The notes: generated by a model from the letters alone, not told the origin. A stretch of 64,000 nt of DNA from Octopus bimaculoides (GCF_001194135.2 NC_068982.1:40164749-40228748); one strand, 5' to 3'. Positions 11,861 to 25,378 are shown, counted from the first letter of the stretch. A program made the numbers and translations.

Positions 11861-13011
11861 ATTATTTCATTATGGAACCGATTAGTATCGAGAAGCTAGG
11901 AATAGACAAAATAGCAGTGAAAGCATTGAATGTCGCTGAGAATCTCTTTTCTTGTTGCTAGAGCTGGTTTATACTGTCTTGCCTCTATTTAAAGTTTCTT
12001 CCATGTTATCCTTTTGCATATAATCATAGAGTGATTGACAGGCAGTGTGCATTCGCAGTTCAATTCTCGTCCCATCATCGAATGATAAAAGAGTAACATT
12101 TCCATCGGAAGCTACGATCGACTGATGGCATCAGCAATTTGAAAACCTAATGGAAACAATTGTTCCATAGGAAGTGTGACTACCACCTTCACATATGTGT
12201 ATATGTGACTGTGTGTGAATGTCTGTATATATACACGCATATGCATATATGCGCGCACAAACATATGCTCACACACATATACATGCAAACACGCGCGCGC
12301 ATGAGTGTGTGTATGTGTGTGTTTATTTAAATAAAAACTGCTGAGTTTAGTAAAACTGTTCTTCATCATATCACAAGCCCGATACTCTCTCTGATCTTGT
12401 AAGGTTCTGCATTCCTGATATTTGTACTAACGTTGTGGAGAGTATGTATGTCAGATATTTGCATATTGGTACCAAGGTAGTTATCGGTTTGGAAAATGTT
12501 GAGGTACCTGGAGTTTTTGCTTAAGGGAATTAATAATAACCTCGCCCCTAGCCAGGCATGTCCCTTAATTTATTGGTTTACAAAGCACTAGTCAAGGAAT
12601 AGCACACAGTCTCATCTCCTATCCAATTTGGCTGAAGCGGTTTGTCAATTAGATCGGTTCGTTAAGATTGGTCTAGAACCCAGACAACTGAAGAATACCA
12701 CAAGAAAATAGGCATATCAGCTAAAAACAGCCCAAGGTAAGGTGGTGAAAATAGTTCGCGAATGAAACCCTTCCATAGATGAAGACTAATCCGATCCTCG
12801 CTGCCCCACGGAGTCGAAGCATACAGGCAAAGGGACGAAACACTTGTGGCTCTAATATATCTGCTGATGATAGGAAAAGGTTTATGACATTGTGATGGAT
12901 TCAGATGAGGGTCTTACAGTAATTCTGAGTATCTTCTACAATTTCTTCGTGGGTAAACCATCTCCTATACTTATTTCATCTTACTACAGTTTAACATTAC
13001 GATTATTAAAT

Positions 13012-13207
13012 AGGCGGCGAGCTGGCAGAATCGTTAGCACGCCGGGCAAAATGCTTAGCGGAATTTTGTCCGTTTCGAGTTCAAATTTTGCTCAGGTTGA
13101 TATTGCCTTTTATTCTTCCAGGATCTATAATATAATCATCACTCGAAAGCGACGCCTCCCCACCCCCGAAATTGCTGGCTTTGTACCAAAGTTTGAAATC
13201 AATATTA
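13012..13207 (+). mobile_element. tRNA-derived SINE family B (internally deleted)
   Basis: aggcggcgagctggcagaatcgttagcacgccggg head, gagttcaaat, cccccgaaattgctggc tail. Confidence 0.85.
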
Positions 13208-13299
13208 CGATTATTAATTTGCAAGCTTAAAGAGATAACTCTGATTTCATCACAATTTCAACCTTACACTTACTAGTGGACATAAATGTATTATGAAAT

Positions 13300-13700
13300 T
13301 CCTCTGTTGCTGCATTCGACCATGCTTGTGGTGTTAATTTGTAATATCCCCACTCTTTCTTAATCCTTCGTTTTTATTGTGTTCTATATGTTCCCTGTAA
13401 ATAAATCCCCAATACAACTTGGGAGCTTTTGTTGTTTGTATCTTTCACCTTTATAATGGTTTTCTATTCTGTTAATGGAGAACGCTTTGCATTTGTTTTT
13501 GTTAGCATCTTATCCGATATGTTCAAGCTTGTATCAGTTTTTCTTTTCGTTAGTATTCTATCGTTTCTAGGATCACTTCCATTTTCCTCTAATATTGTAT
13601 TTCCATAATTTTTCGCTTCCTTTTCTTTATCATATCATACTCATTCCTTTGCATCTTGCCAAGTAAAGTAAACACTTTTTATTTTACGTTGATCCTCCTG
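13300..13700 (-). pseudogene. Decayed R4/Dong-like pre-RT region
   Basis: Minus-strand YWGFIYREHIEHNKNE resembles the FWxxIWxxxxEHN motif upstream of R4-clade RT. Confidence 0.3.
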
Positions 13701-14208
13701 TCTTATATAATTTCCTTCAGCGGTTTTTTGTGAAGTTTGAGATAAACGTATAGAGATTGCGCAGTTAAGGTCGAGCAGAGTTTTATGAAACAGCCAGTTA
13801 TTGAATAAATTTGGTTATTGATTGTATTAATATCTCAGAGTGCCTGCTAGCATTGGGATTTTTCAACAGAACTATAGGGAGTTTTGCCTTTTGATTCCAT
13901 AAATAATCTTTATTTAATCGAAACTTTTCAACTGTATTACTGTATTACATCTCTAAGAACCTGTTACATTTCGTAAGCAGAACGCTCCTTGAAGCATTTT
14001 ATCTCAGCCAGTTTGTTGATATTCACAATTGGGGTCCCTATATTACCATGCTTTCTAGATATACTGGTTATTTCTTGCCAACTTAGTAGCTATTGCTTCG
14101 TTGGGGAGATCACATAAGATAGAAATGTGCCCATTATATTCAAAAGTAAAATTTAAAGAAAAACATCACTGCATTCTGAATAGTCTTTATTTTCTAAACA
14201 ACCCCAAT

Positions 14209-14373
14209 AGGCACAGGAGTGGCTGTGTGGTAAGTAGCTTGCTTACCAACCACATGGTTCCGGGTTCATTCCCACTGCGTGGCACTTTGGGCAAGTGTCT
14301 TCTACTATAGCCTCGGGCCGAACAAAGCCTTGTGAGTGGATTTGGTAGACAGAAACTGAAAGAAGCCTGTCGC

Positions 14374-14409
<36 letters not shown>

Positions 14410-14524
14410 ATGCATATATATATGTATGCGTGTCTGTGTTTGTCCCGCCACCATCACTTGACAACCGATGCTGGTGTGTTTACGTCCCCGTAACCTAGCG
14501 GTTCGGCATAAAAAAGAGACTGAT
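14209..14524 (+). mobile_element. tRNA-derived SINE family A (runs into gap)
   Basis: ggagtggctgtgtggtaag A-box, ggttcattcc B-box, gtgtcttctactatagcctcgggccg..gaaactgaaagaagcc central domain, internal (TA/TG)n tract. Confidence 0.9.
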
Positions 14525-15220
14525 NNNNNNNNNNNNNNNNNNNNNNNNNNNNNNNNNNNNNNNNNNNNNNNNNNNNNNNNNNNNNNNNNNNNNNNNNNNN
14601 NNNNNNNNNNNNNNNNNNNNNNNNNNNNNNNNNNNNNNNNNNNNNNNNNNNNNNNNNNNNNNNNNNNNNNNNNNNNNNNNNNNNNNNNNNNNNNNNNNNN
14701 NNNNNNNNNNNNNNNNNNNNNNNNNNNNNNNNNNNNNNNNNNNNNNNNNNNNNNNNNNNNNNNNNNNNNNNNNNNNNNNNNNNNNNNNNNNNNNNNNNNN
14801 NNNNNNNNNNNNNNNNNNNNNNNNNNNNNNNNNNNNNNNNNNNNNNNNNNNNNNNNNNNNNNNNNNNNNNNNNNNNNNNNNNNNNNNNNNNNNNNNNNNN
14901 NNNNNNNNNNNNNNNNNNNNNNNNNNNNNNNNNNNNNNNNNNNNNNNNNNNNNNNNNNNNNNNNNNNNNNNNNNNNNNNNNNNNNNNNNNNNNNNNNNNN
15001 NNNNNNNNNNNNNNNNNNNNNNNNNNNNNNNNNNNNNNNNNNNNNNNNNNNNNNNNNNNNNNNNNNNNNNNNNNNNNNNNNNNNNNNNNNNNNNNNNNNN
15101 NNNNNNNNNNNNNNNNNNNNNNNNNNNNNNNNNNNNNNNNNNNTATAAAAGTCTCTGCCGCTTGTAAATTTTTCTTATAATGTGGCTTTCGTAGAAGCCA
15201 TTTACATTCTGGCAAAGAAA

Positions 15221-15286
<66 letters not shown>

Positions 15287-15330
15287 TTTACTATTATTAT
15301 TATTGTTATTATTATTATTATTATTATTAT

Positions 15331-15378
<48 letters not shown>

Positions 15379-15699
15379 AAGTAGTATTGTTGTTGGTGTT
15401 GTTGTTAGACCTTGTACTAATAGTAGAAAGGGTTATTTTTATACAACTTCGTCCAGGATTGGTTTTATTTCAGCGCGTTACATTTAGGTTTAGATGCCCG
15501 CATGATTTCAATAAGGCATCAAGTGCTCAAAACACTTCTTTCCTGTTCCTATGAGCCAAAGCTTTCATAGAAGCTCTACAGGATACACTATTCCAGTTTT
15601 TATCTATTTGTGATTATCGTCAATCACAGTCACTAATGCATCGATTATTACCGGTACATTTATAGATTTCATGTTACAAATCGTCACAATTTGAAATTT

Positions 15700-16330
15700 T
15701 AAGAGGATGTATTTTTTTCAACTTTTTTCACAATCCTGGAATCAAATGAAAATGATAGATCAAACAGTAAACAAATTCGATTTTCCTTTTATATTATTGT
15801 AATATCTGGCTTGCTTTGTGTTCTCTTTTCATCCGTTTGAATTGGAAAATACCACAAAATCCTGTATGTTTCTGACTCAAGTATTGATTATAGTCGATGA
15901 TTTTATCATGTAATTCCTGCTTACAACCATCATTTCTGACAAAAGCTCGAGAGTATAACTTTCACAATTTGATCATGCCTCCGTTTCTTGTATTCTCCCT
16001 AGGCCGACTTGGGATTTTCTGCACCAATGTGTTCCATTGTTTCATCGCAAATTTCACAAAATCTACAGACAACTCCTCATACACATATTTTGACAAATTT
16101 TTGCTTGCAGCGCTTGCGCTTAAGCTGCTATAATAAGGCTTTCTTGTTTCTTTTTCCGATTCCCCTTCTTCAGCCGGGCCCAGAATTTTGTCTCTTCATG
16201 CGTCCTCAGTGGCTTTCTAAATTGACCATTCAATGATTTCTCCTTGATCTGTTTAACATTTCCTCTTTGAATTTCATTCTTGTTCTTTTCTCCTTTTCCA
16301 GTCTTAATAAAATATTCTTTACACACTGCC
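15700..16330 (-). pseudogene. R4/Dong-like retrotransposon C-terminal remnant (distinct subfamily)
   Basis: Minus strand: KEKSLNGQF..RLKKGNRKKKQESLIIAAQAQAL; CRFCEICDETMEHI..EYKKRRHDQIV knuckle; ILWYFPIQTDEKRTQSKPDITII endonuclease motif (PD at 15804-15809). Confidence 0.8.
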
Positions 16331-16521
16331 TTTACTCGCTTTTCTGGTAAAATGATCTAGTATGCTGTTTCGTTCCATTTGCACTCATTTTGCCACTACA
16401 ACTAAGCGTCCTCCAGCCAGGTCTATTTTCAAATGTCAACTTATGCGTCCCCTAAGAACTGTTAACCTTGAACCAAATTTAGAAAGAATTATTATTATTA
16501 TTATCATTATTATTATTATTA

Positions 16522-16572
<51 letters not shown>

Positions 16573-16577
<5 letters not shown>

Positions 16578-17211
16578 TCCACCAAGGAAGGAGGTTATGT
16601 ATTCATCGGCGTTGGCTTGTCCGTCTGTCCGTCTGTCCGTCTGTGTGCAAAATAACTCTAAAAGTTGTGAACGGTATTTGATGAAACTTGCAGGAAAAGT
16701 TGGTAATCACATGAGGAACAGAAGATGAGATTTTTGTAGTGATCTGGAAAGTTTTATGGATTCTTGAAGGATTTTTCATTTGTTATATTTACTTTACATG
16801 AAGTATTACAATGTTACGTTCTTTGATTATCTCCCTTGAAAGCACGTTCATCGTTTCAACGTAGTCTATGGCGGCGTTGCTGTTTCCAAAGTATATTTTC
16901 GTTTCTCTATTAGTAATTTTACTCACGTTGTGTGTGTATCACTCAAGTTTTAGGTAATTGTTGTTTATGATTAGTTGTATGGTGAAACTAGCTTGCTGTT
17001 GTCATTGATGTATTATAACTGCTTCAGATGATTCCTGTTTTTAAAGGGTTTTTTAAAATCATATGGCTGTGTTATTCTTTTTCACCCCGCCAAGGAGATT
17101 ATGATTTTGCCGGCGTTGGTTTGGGAAATTGTTTGATTTTCAGTATGCGTGTATATGGGTGGAAATGAGCTGCTTGGCGGAGGTCTGCGCTTTCCGAGTG
17201 CTTTTCTAGTT
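16573..17211 (+). mobile_element. DINE-1/HINE-like (Helentron-associated) non-autonomous element
   Basis: 5' subTIR acctccaccaagg (16575-16587) vs 3' cttggcggaggt (17173-17184); (GTCC/GTCT)n near the 5' end; 3' hairpin gcgct-ttccg-agtgc, then ttttctagtt; sits in a (TAT)n tract. Confidence 0.8.
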
Positions 17212-17536
17212 ATTACTATTATTAATTCTTCTCCTTTTTTGCACAAGACTACCAAATACGAAGGAGGAGCTACCCAATTACAGATCCCAGTGATCAACCG
17301 GTTCTTATCTTATCGACCCAGAAAAAATGTCAGACGAAGTCGACCTCCTCGAAGTTTGAACTCAGAACATAAAGCCAGAAAAAGTGCTGCTAAGCTTTTT
17401 GTCCGCCAACTCACGACCTTAACAATACACAAATTCTATTAGGCAGAGAGGTTGTCTGTCACTGCCTGGAAGTACGTAACGGACTAGCGAAGGCAGAAAA
17501 CTCGCTGGTACCAAATGATCTCTTGTCTGAGTAACG

Positions 17537-17644
<108 letters not shown>

Positions 17645-17810
17645 AGGGAGGATTCACAAAAAACAAATGACGAAGACAGGTGGTGTAGAAAACAAACAAA
17701 TGCATTAATATAACGCTCGGGAATTGAAAAAGTCTTTAACGTTTCGAGCCTACCCTCTTCCACAGAAAGGAACACAGAAAGAAACAAGGAGAGAAAAAAT
17801 GTGTGTAGTG
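17645..17810 (-). mobile_element. Short Penelope-terminus-like repeat (family E), copy 2
   Basis: Homologous to 2771-2945; adjacent to a long (GT)n tract (17539-17640). Confidence 0.6.
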
Positions 17811-19100
17811 GCTAGCGATCTATCATGGCGAATGCCGGACAGAAGGATCACACAGGCGAGCTAAGAAGAAGGGGATATAACAAAGTAATAGCGATCCCAA
17901 AACAAAGGTGCGCGTGTGTGTAAGAGATTACGTATGTGCAGGTGAAAGAGGGCTGGCGATCTTGACGTCTGCGTGTATGTGTAAATGTGAAAATGTGGGG
18001 ATGGGAATTGGTCAGTGCTTGTGTGTGCGTAGTGGTGTGATGTGTGGTATGGTGTAGTGTGGTGTGGTGTGATGGTGTTGGGAGTTGGGGGAGGTGAGAG
18101 TGGGAACACAGACAGGTTTTTGTGATGTCTTTTATTAATATCGTTGCTCCCTTCACTAATCGAATACTCTACAAGTTGCAGAACCTCACAACACAAGTAC
18201 ACACTACATACACCCCCCCACCACCACACATACATATATATATTTATATATGCCAGACAAAACTAAATCTACCTTGGGCATAGGATAATGGTGTCTAATT
18301 TATGCAAAACTCTATCACTTTTAAGGGGACGGCTTTTGGGATAAAAATCCACGTCAATCCTTGCTGTATTTGAACTCAGAATGTAATAAGTTGAAACAAA
18401 TGCAACAAGGTATTTTGCGCGACAACAATGATTCTACTAGCTCGTTGCTTTTGCCGTTAATAAAATTATGAGAAACAAAGAAATAAGATTCAATAATGAA
18501 ATGACAGCCTTGCACAGTTTTTTCGAATAAAACACATAACGGTGTTGAACTTTTCTATTTTTAGTTTAGATTTTTAGTATTTATTCAGTAGTTTATGTTT
18601 TCATAATTAGATTGGGACAATAAAATTCTTAGAGTCACATTCGACGATTCCAGACCTTCAGTCTCATTTTCAACAAATGAATATATTTGGCGTCTGTGTT
18701 GCTATTTCATATACTGCTGGAATTAGAATATATATATATATATAAACACATATTTCCTCTCCCGTTGCAACACTCCACTCAACTGGGAATAAGTAATCAT
18801 TCAGGAGCAGCGTTGGCTTCCCCTCCTAGCCACCTAGAAGAATGCGAGGAATCATATTGTCACCATAGAAGCAAAACAACATCTGATAGTATGGTCGATT
18901 CAGAGACGCACTGATATTATATCCATATTTATATACGTTCACCCACATACATACATACATACATACATACATACATACATACATACATACATACATACAT
19001 ACATACATCCATCCATACATACATACATATATATAACTATGTATGTATGTCTGTATATATATATATATATATATATATACATACATACATATGTGGCGGG

Positions 19101-19133
<33 letters not shown>

Positions 19134-21379
19134 TAGATAGATAGATGTATCTAGCTATATATATATATGTATGTGTGTATGTATGTGTGTATACAGAGAT
19201 AGAGACAAGGAGAGAGAGGGGGAGAGCCCATCGCAGTTTCTACCTACAAATTCACTAACAAAGCACTGGGTGCCCCCCCCCCCTCAGGGCAATGGTAGAC
19301 TATTTCCCAAGGAGCAGTGCATCAGAACCAAACCCGAATTTATGTGGCCTTGTAGCTGTAAAGCAAGTTTATTTACCACTCAATCATGCCTTCCCTCATA
19401 CATAAATACACACCACACACAAATACACACACATACACACATACATACATACAGACATACAGGCATGCATACATATATATGTATGTAGGAACATTGAGTA
19501 CACGTTCAATGGAAATGAACTGTCCCAAATCACGTTTAAAATAAGCCTGTAGCAACACCCGCATTTAAATTTGAATAGCCAAGCTTGCAGGTGACTGACT
19601 GCATGTATATTTTGATTTATTATCTCGAGGTAGTCTACTGTCTATTTATCGTTTAGCCAATAATCGAAATTTTGATGAATTTCAATTCAAGCGTACCTAG
19701 TATTGATCATTCGCCAGCTATGTACACATGGTACAGGAACATTCGAATTCACTTAACAATCAGATTAAGTTCAATAACATTTTTAAGAGGTTTTTTTTTT
19801 TTTTCACATTTTTGGCACTCGGCATTCTTGAGGTTATTTAACAGTTTTTAGTTTCTGATAGAATGGTCTGTCATTATTTCTAAACATTTAATTTTGTCTA
19901 TATTGTTTGATCGACTGTAGGTATCTTTTAGTTTCCCGCCTTCATCTCAGATCTTTCTGCTTCCTCCAGTTCTGTGTATTCACCTTTTGTCTTACTTTAT
20001 ATTACCTTTATAATGTCGTATTCATCTTGATATAGAAGTTTTGATTAAATTTGAGGAAAACTAACCTAATGTCTTCTTTTTAGTCAGTTCTGTGTATGTT
20101 ATTCCATCTTCATTATTCCTTATGTCTCTGTTCTTTTGATATTGGTTTTATTTTCGAAAATTAATATTTCTGTGAGCTGTTATTGTTGGGGAGGTTATTG
20201 TTTAATCCCTGGCCAAGCTCCGATAAAGCTGACCAATAATCAAAGGCAGTCTAGCTACATCTAAACAATGCTTTTCCCTTGGTTAGTATATGGGCTCAAC
20301 CATTGGCTTCTCTGTGACGCTGTAACATCACTCTGTAAATTATATGTTATTCTTGTAGCTTTAAGAATACGTCATTAACTTTCCTTGCTTCCAAGAATGT
20401 TCCTCGATTCACCATAATCTTGGCAATATTTTGCAAGATATCTACCTTATTTCCAATCCATTTATCGTTTCATTTTCGTATGTGTTAGCCTTCTCTAACT
20501 TGTAATTTATATGAATAAAAAGCGATTTCCCCTTTCTCCCACAGTGTTATTCATTGTTATGCCTTTCTAGAGTAGCTAACTTCGTTTTAGATGTTATAAT
20601 TTATCATTTTTTTGTCGGTGTTTTTACTTTTATTGCTTATTTCTACTATACTCCAAAGTATGTAGATGTCTATGTACCTCCACTTCTTATTGTATTGAAT
20701 GTAATATGTGCAGAGTGTTTCGCAGTGCTGATTTCTGAATATAGTGCATGTTTGAAAATCATGAGATTTTACTTATGTTTCTTACCATCGTTCTTTATCA
20801 TTTCTAATGTACTTATTTTTAGAGATAATTTCTGTTTTCCATCTGCTCATTCTGATTATCTCTATATCTAAATCGTTATATTTCTGCATTTACTCCAATT
20901 CTGTCTCAGTGTTATTAGCATCAGTTGGTACTGATGCTTAAATAGATGTTGCTACCTTCTTTAGTGGTTCTTGACAAAAATTACAAAAATTTTAACCTTG
21001 ATGTCCTTATCTGTCTGAAATGGTATATCCCATAGTATAGACGTTTTGTCATATTATATTTACTCTGGTGGATGTTTGTTATCGTTTCCTTTCAGATGAT
21101 ATTCCGAAATGCTGTTATGAAAGCCCCGACTCTTTCATGCCCTTATATATTTTTCAGGGCTAAGACTTGACAACGACAGAGAAAACAGTTAATATTTTCT
21201 TTCTAATTCTCTCATATAACACAATATATTGTTTCATTACGTGCTTTGGCGTTTCTGCTGGTAATGCTTTGATTTTGCGCTGCAACCAAGAATCCTTCAC
21301 TTCCAGTCCTGCTGTTCTCATTGAGTGATACATCTTTTCATTGCCTATTTCTATCCTGTCCAATTTTTCTTAGTATATA

Positions 21380-21447
21380 TATTCACTTATGTGAATATTC
21401 ACTTATGTGAATATTCACTTATGTGAATATTCACTTATGTGAATATT
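21380..21447. repeat. 16-bp perfect minisatellite (TATTCACTTATGTGAA) x4
   Basis: Directly visible; unit junctions form the palindrome GTGAATATTCAC. Confidence 0.95.
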
Positions 21448-21596
21448 TTGTAAGAATTTTCCATTTGTATAAGAGCCTGGCCCTTATTCTCTAGATTCTC
21501 AGTAAAATCATTAATTTTATTTCAGATTTTTAGTGGTGTCATTAATGTTATTATTTAGAGTTTACTCTAGCTTGCGTTGTGTCCAATTAAATATAA

Positions 21597-21795
21597 TAGT
21601 TTCAAATTTCGGCACGAGACCAGTAATTTCGAAGGAGAGTTAAGTCGATTCCATCGGCCCCAGTATTGAATGAGCACTTATTNNNNNNNNNNNNNNNNNN
21701 NNNNNCCCTTAATGTTGAAAGGCAATGTCAATCTCGGTGGCATTTGAACTCAGACCGGACGAAGCATGCTAACTATTCTGCCAGCTTGCCACGTT
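21597..21795 (-). mobile_element. tRNA-derived SINE family B nested in the R4-like copy
   Basis: tttcaaatttcggcacgagacc tail, atttgaactcaga B-box, ttctgccagcttgcc head; small gap inside. Confidence 0.8.
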
Positions 21796-22834
21796 ATCCA
21801 ATTAATAATATTAAAACTACTGAGATATCAAGAGTATAGTTGATTATTATACTGTTTTTACATTTAGTTTTGTTTTAGATATTAAGTCCTAAGTCCTAGC
21901 TTTCATAGCATTCATCCCATTTACTCTAAGTAATTTCAAATATATGTGTCACCTAATTTTTCTAAATTTTTCTTGATTTATTATGGCATTAGTTTTCTTA
22001 ATTTTGCTTTCTTCAAGATAGCACGGCGCATTTTTCTAATTCTAAACTTATACCAAGTATTCCAGTAAATGTATGCAGTGTTTCGAGCTGTTTCTCATCA
22101 GCAGCGTTCAACGTGACATCATCCATACACATCCTTTTATAGCATTTGTACCCCTGTCTTGTTTTGTTTAAAATGCTGGTTAGAGGTGTTATTACTAACC
22201 AAGATAAGAGTATGCACAAGGAGACTTACGACTTCAGAATGTGTCCTAAGTTAACTAATCAATTGGAATCGAATATAATTTTTAGATTGCTATTTAGCTT
22301 TCTACAAAAATTTGATGCAAAAATATTGTCACTATTTCGTTTCTCGGAGAATGTTAGAGCTACGAATTAAAATACGAATGTACAATACAAATTTCTTCCT
22401 TTTTTACCTATTTATACATTTTCTGCTCTCACGGTAAGACTTGAGGATAACGTTATTATGCACTTCTTTAATGCATTTTGCACAGGTTTCTATATGATCA
22501 GGCTAAAAGGACTAATGCATTAGAAATGATATACAGTATCTAAAGCATTAAAGCTTTTCAAGACAGCTTTAGCATATATGTGCTGACAGGAGAGGAAATG
22601 GGTTTCTAGTGAGGTGCATGCTTTTCTCACGAACACATACTTTCCCTATATATTGAATTTTTCCCTTGGGGAAAATATCACAAATTTGTAAGGGAGGAAT
22701 ACATTCAGTCGTGGAGACAACAAAATAATTTAATTCATTGTATTAAGGTTTCTGTCACAACCCCAAAATAATCCCCCTCCTACCCTTCATACTCCCATCC
22801 TCATCACTATGATCAATTATAGTAGTAGTAGTAT

Positions 22835-22888
<54 letters not shown>

Positions 22889-22889
22889 C

Positions 22890-22937
<48 letters not shown>

Positions 22938-24120
22938 CATTGTCTGTGTTGTTTATTATTACATATGAGACGTGATTAAAATCGATATCATTATTGACTT
23001 AGCGCAACTGGAATGTAAAGAGAAATGTATCTTAGATCGCGATTGAATTATTTGATTTTGAAATATTGCCGGCAGATATACGAGTTTTAAAGTATGACAA
23101 ATTTTAAATAGGCATTCCCTTGCAGGAATAATTTAATCAGAGCAATTAATTCGTTATCTTATGATATTCAATAATTATAGAATAATTATAGGGTCACACA
23201 TCTTCTATATTAAATAAAATCCAAGAACCAACATAATAATCTATTGGGTATTATTCAAACAAAATATCCAAATTGTTAATAATGTAAGATGAATATCTGC
23301 GGATAATTTACAATGTGTGCGATATATAGTAGCGTAAGTCTAAATATAAAGTTAATATTCTCATTTACTAACAAGAATTCATAATTAATTTATTTATGTC
23401 TTTCAACGTCATTTAAATACTCACTTAGAAGTCCTTCATCAAAGTATACAAACCATATCTAACCCGTGTTCTGAGCTACAGACTACCTCAGCCTACATTA
23501 ATGAATATTTCTTTTTTCTCTTTTTAAGATCAAATGTTGTCACCTGAGAGAGGTTTAGTTACTAATTTTAGCAGACCGAGCAACTACATAACGGCTATCT
23601 TATTTGAGGAGAAATTCCTTGTATGATGATAATGCACCTTAAGAAAATGTATCATTCAACCACAGTAATGTTTGGATTTATTCTTAAGTCCGCCATTTCG
23701 TCAATCGCAGCAGCTTCCAAGCCTCTCCACTAATTCAGTTCTCAACTAAATTGCAAACTGTTAATAGCTTTAACGAGGACACGTCCTCAGCTACACTTTG
23801 GCATGCTAGTTTGAGATTTGGTTCAGTAGAAAAAAGTTACATCAAAATATCTGCGATCTCAAAGGGGGTAGTAAGGCAGATATTCATCTTCAATTAACTT
23901 AATGTTTTAAATTTTAAATTAAAAGTATACCTTTCATAGGCTTAAATGATAGAAAATCGCATGAGGAATTCAGAATCGCTAGTCGCATTGAACAAAAATT
24001 AGTAGAAAAAGAGTTATGAGGTAAAATGGTACGAAATTTAATGTCAGTCAGTAAGAAAGTAAGGCAGTAACGCTTCAGCAATAAGAATAAAAAATATATT
24101 TCTAAAATGAATGTTTGCTT

Positions 24121-24520
24121 TCTAAGGCGGTGAGCTGGCAGGAGCATTAGCACATCGGGCGAAATGTTTAACGGTAATTCGGATGTCTTCACGTTTTTGA
24201 GTTCAAATTTCACCGAGGTCGACTTTGACGTACAGATTATTTGATTAATTTTCCTTAAACTAAACCCTTTCAAACTTCCGATACTCGTAGACTGTGTCAC
24301 ATAGAACAGGGTTTACTTTTAATGTTTTTGAGAAAATTTGGTATTTTAAAAGCGGTATTTCGTCTGAGTTCAAATTCCGCCGAGTTCGACTTTGCCTTTC
24401 ATCCATTTCGGATCTATTCAATTAGACGTGCAGATTAATTAATTTCTTTTTTTTAACTAAACACTTTCAAACTTCCGATACTGGTAGAATGTAAGATATT
24501 TCATCAAAAGTTACAGAGTG
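24121..24520 (+). repeat. Two tandem chimeric units (SINE-B head fragment plus DNA-element-like segment)
   Basis: gagttcaaatt..cgactttg followed by acgt.cagatta..taaac.ctttcaaacttccgatact.gtaga occurs twice (~24190-24300 and ~24365-24500). Confidence 0.7.
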
Positions 24521-25378
24521 ACAATGGACAAATTCGTGTTTGATAAGTGACAATACACGAAACTCTCAGCTTTTGACTTACTCTCTAACTTCTGCCGACG
24601 TTATATATACATATTACATATATGTGTAAAAAAATCTCATCATCCAATCGAACCAATGAAAGAGCCTCTATCTGGTCGCTCCACACGCTAAAAATAGCAG
24701 CCAAAGTATCTCCCTACCTAAATCACACGCTCATTGTATGTAATGTCATAGATTATCCCTACAAAGACGGTTGGCTGAAGGCTGCAATGTCTTTGATGAT
24801 CGGTTTGCAGTATCAGGGTTTATTTGAGGCTAAATAACAACAACCTTATGGTCAATTTCTATATTAACACCCGCACGATTTTCACTAAGACAAAAAAAAA
24901 TTGATTTTTTTGCGTGGAATCAAGTACCCTGACCTCCTAATAGTCTACTAATCCCTTATTTTGGTTCGGAAAAAAATGAGATGTTGTGTTCACCCTCCCA
25001 ATCCTAGAATCACTGGAAATTACTCTTTTTCGTTCAATTAATTCCTGTGAACTCCTAATATTGCCAAAATTAGGTTACTTAAGGTGAGCCTGGTAACTGA
25101 TGGTTTTGGGGTCTTGTTGCTTGTAACTTTTGGTGAAGCATGGTGCAACCAACAACATGGTAAAAATCCCTGCCATTAATTTGGTGTGGATGGGTAATAT
25201 CAAATAATTCAATCACAACATATATTTAAATTAAACACGAAAAATATTGAAATATTATCATCACTTACATGGAAAAATTGAAATATTATCTTTCAGTATT
25301 TTATAAGGTAAAATCTTAAATTATTAATTGACACATTATTAATTAACTTATAACAGCAATGCCTGGAAAAATCATGGC

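Larger units (their letters stand above)
20600..22225 (-). mobile_element. Decayed R4/Dong-like retrotransposon interrupted by a SINE and a minisatellite
   Basis: Minus strand: TPLTSILNKTRQGY..CMDDVTLNA..LEKCAVL RT (22013-22219); GQALIQMENSYK; SEGFLVAAQNQS; ILWDIPFQTDKDIK; SVPTDAN..MQKYNDLDIEI; ends HILHSIQ* (stop 20687-20689). Colinear with the 4991-6621 copy. Confidence 0.8.

Noticed and set aside
12430-12470. CGEYVCQ resembling a Penelope GIY-YIG CxxCGxxYIGQT motif
   Set aside because: Too short and frameshifted to support.
12830-12875. GACGAAAC followed by CTGATGA, a possible type II hammerhead
   Set aside because: Stems I and III do not pair.
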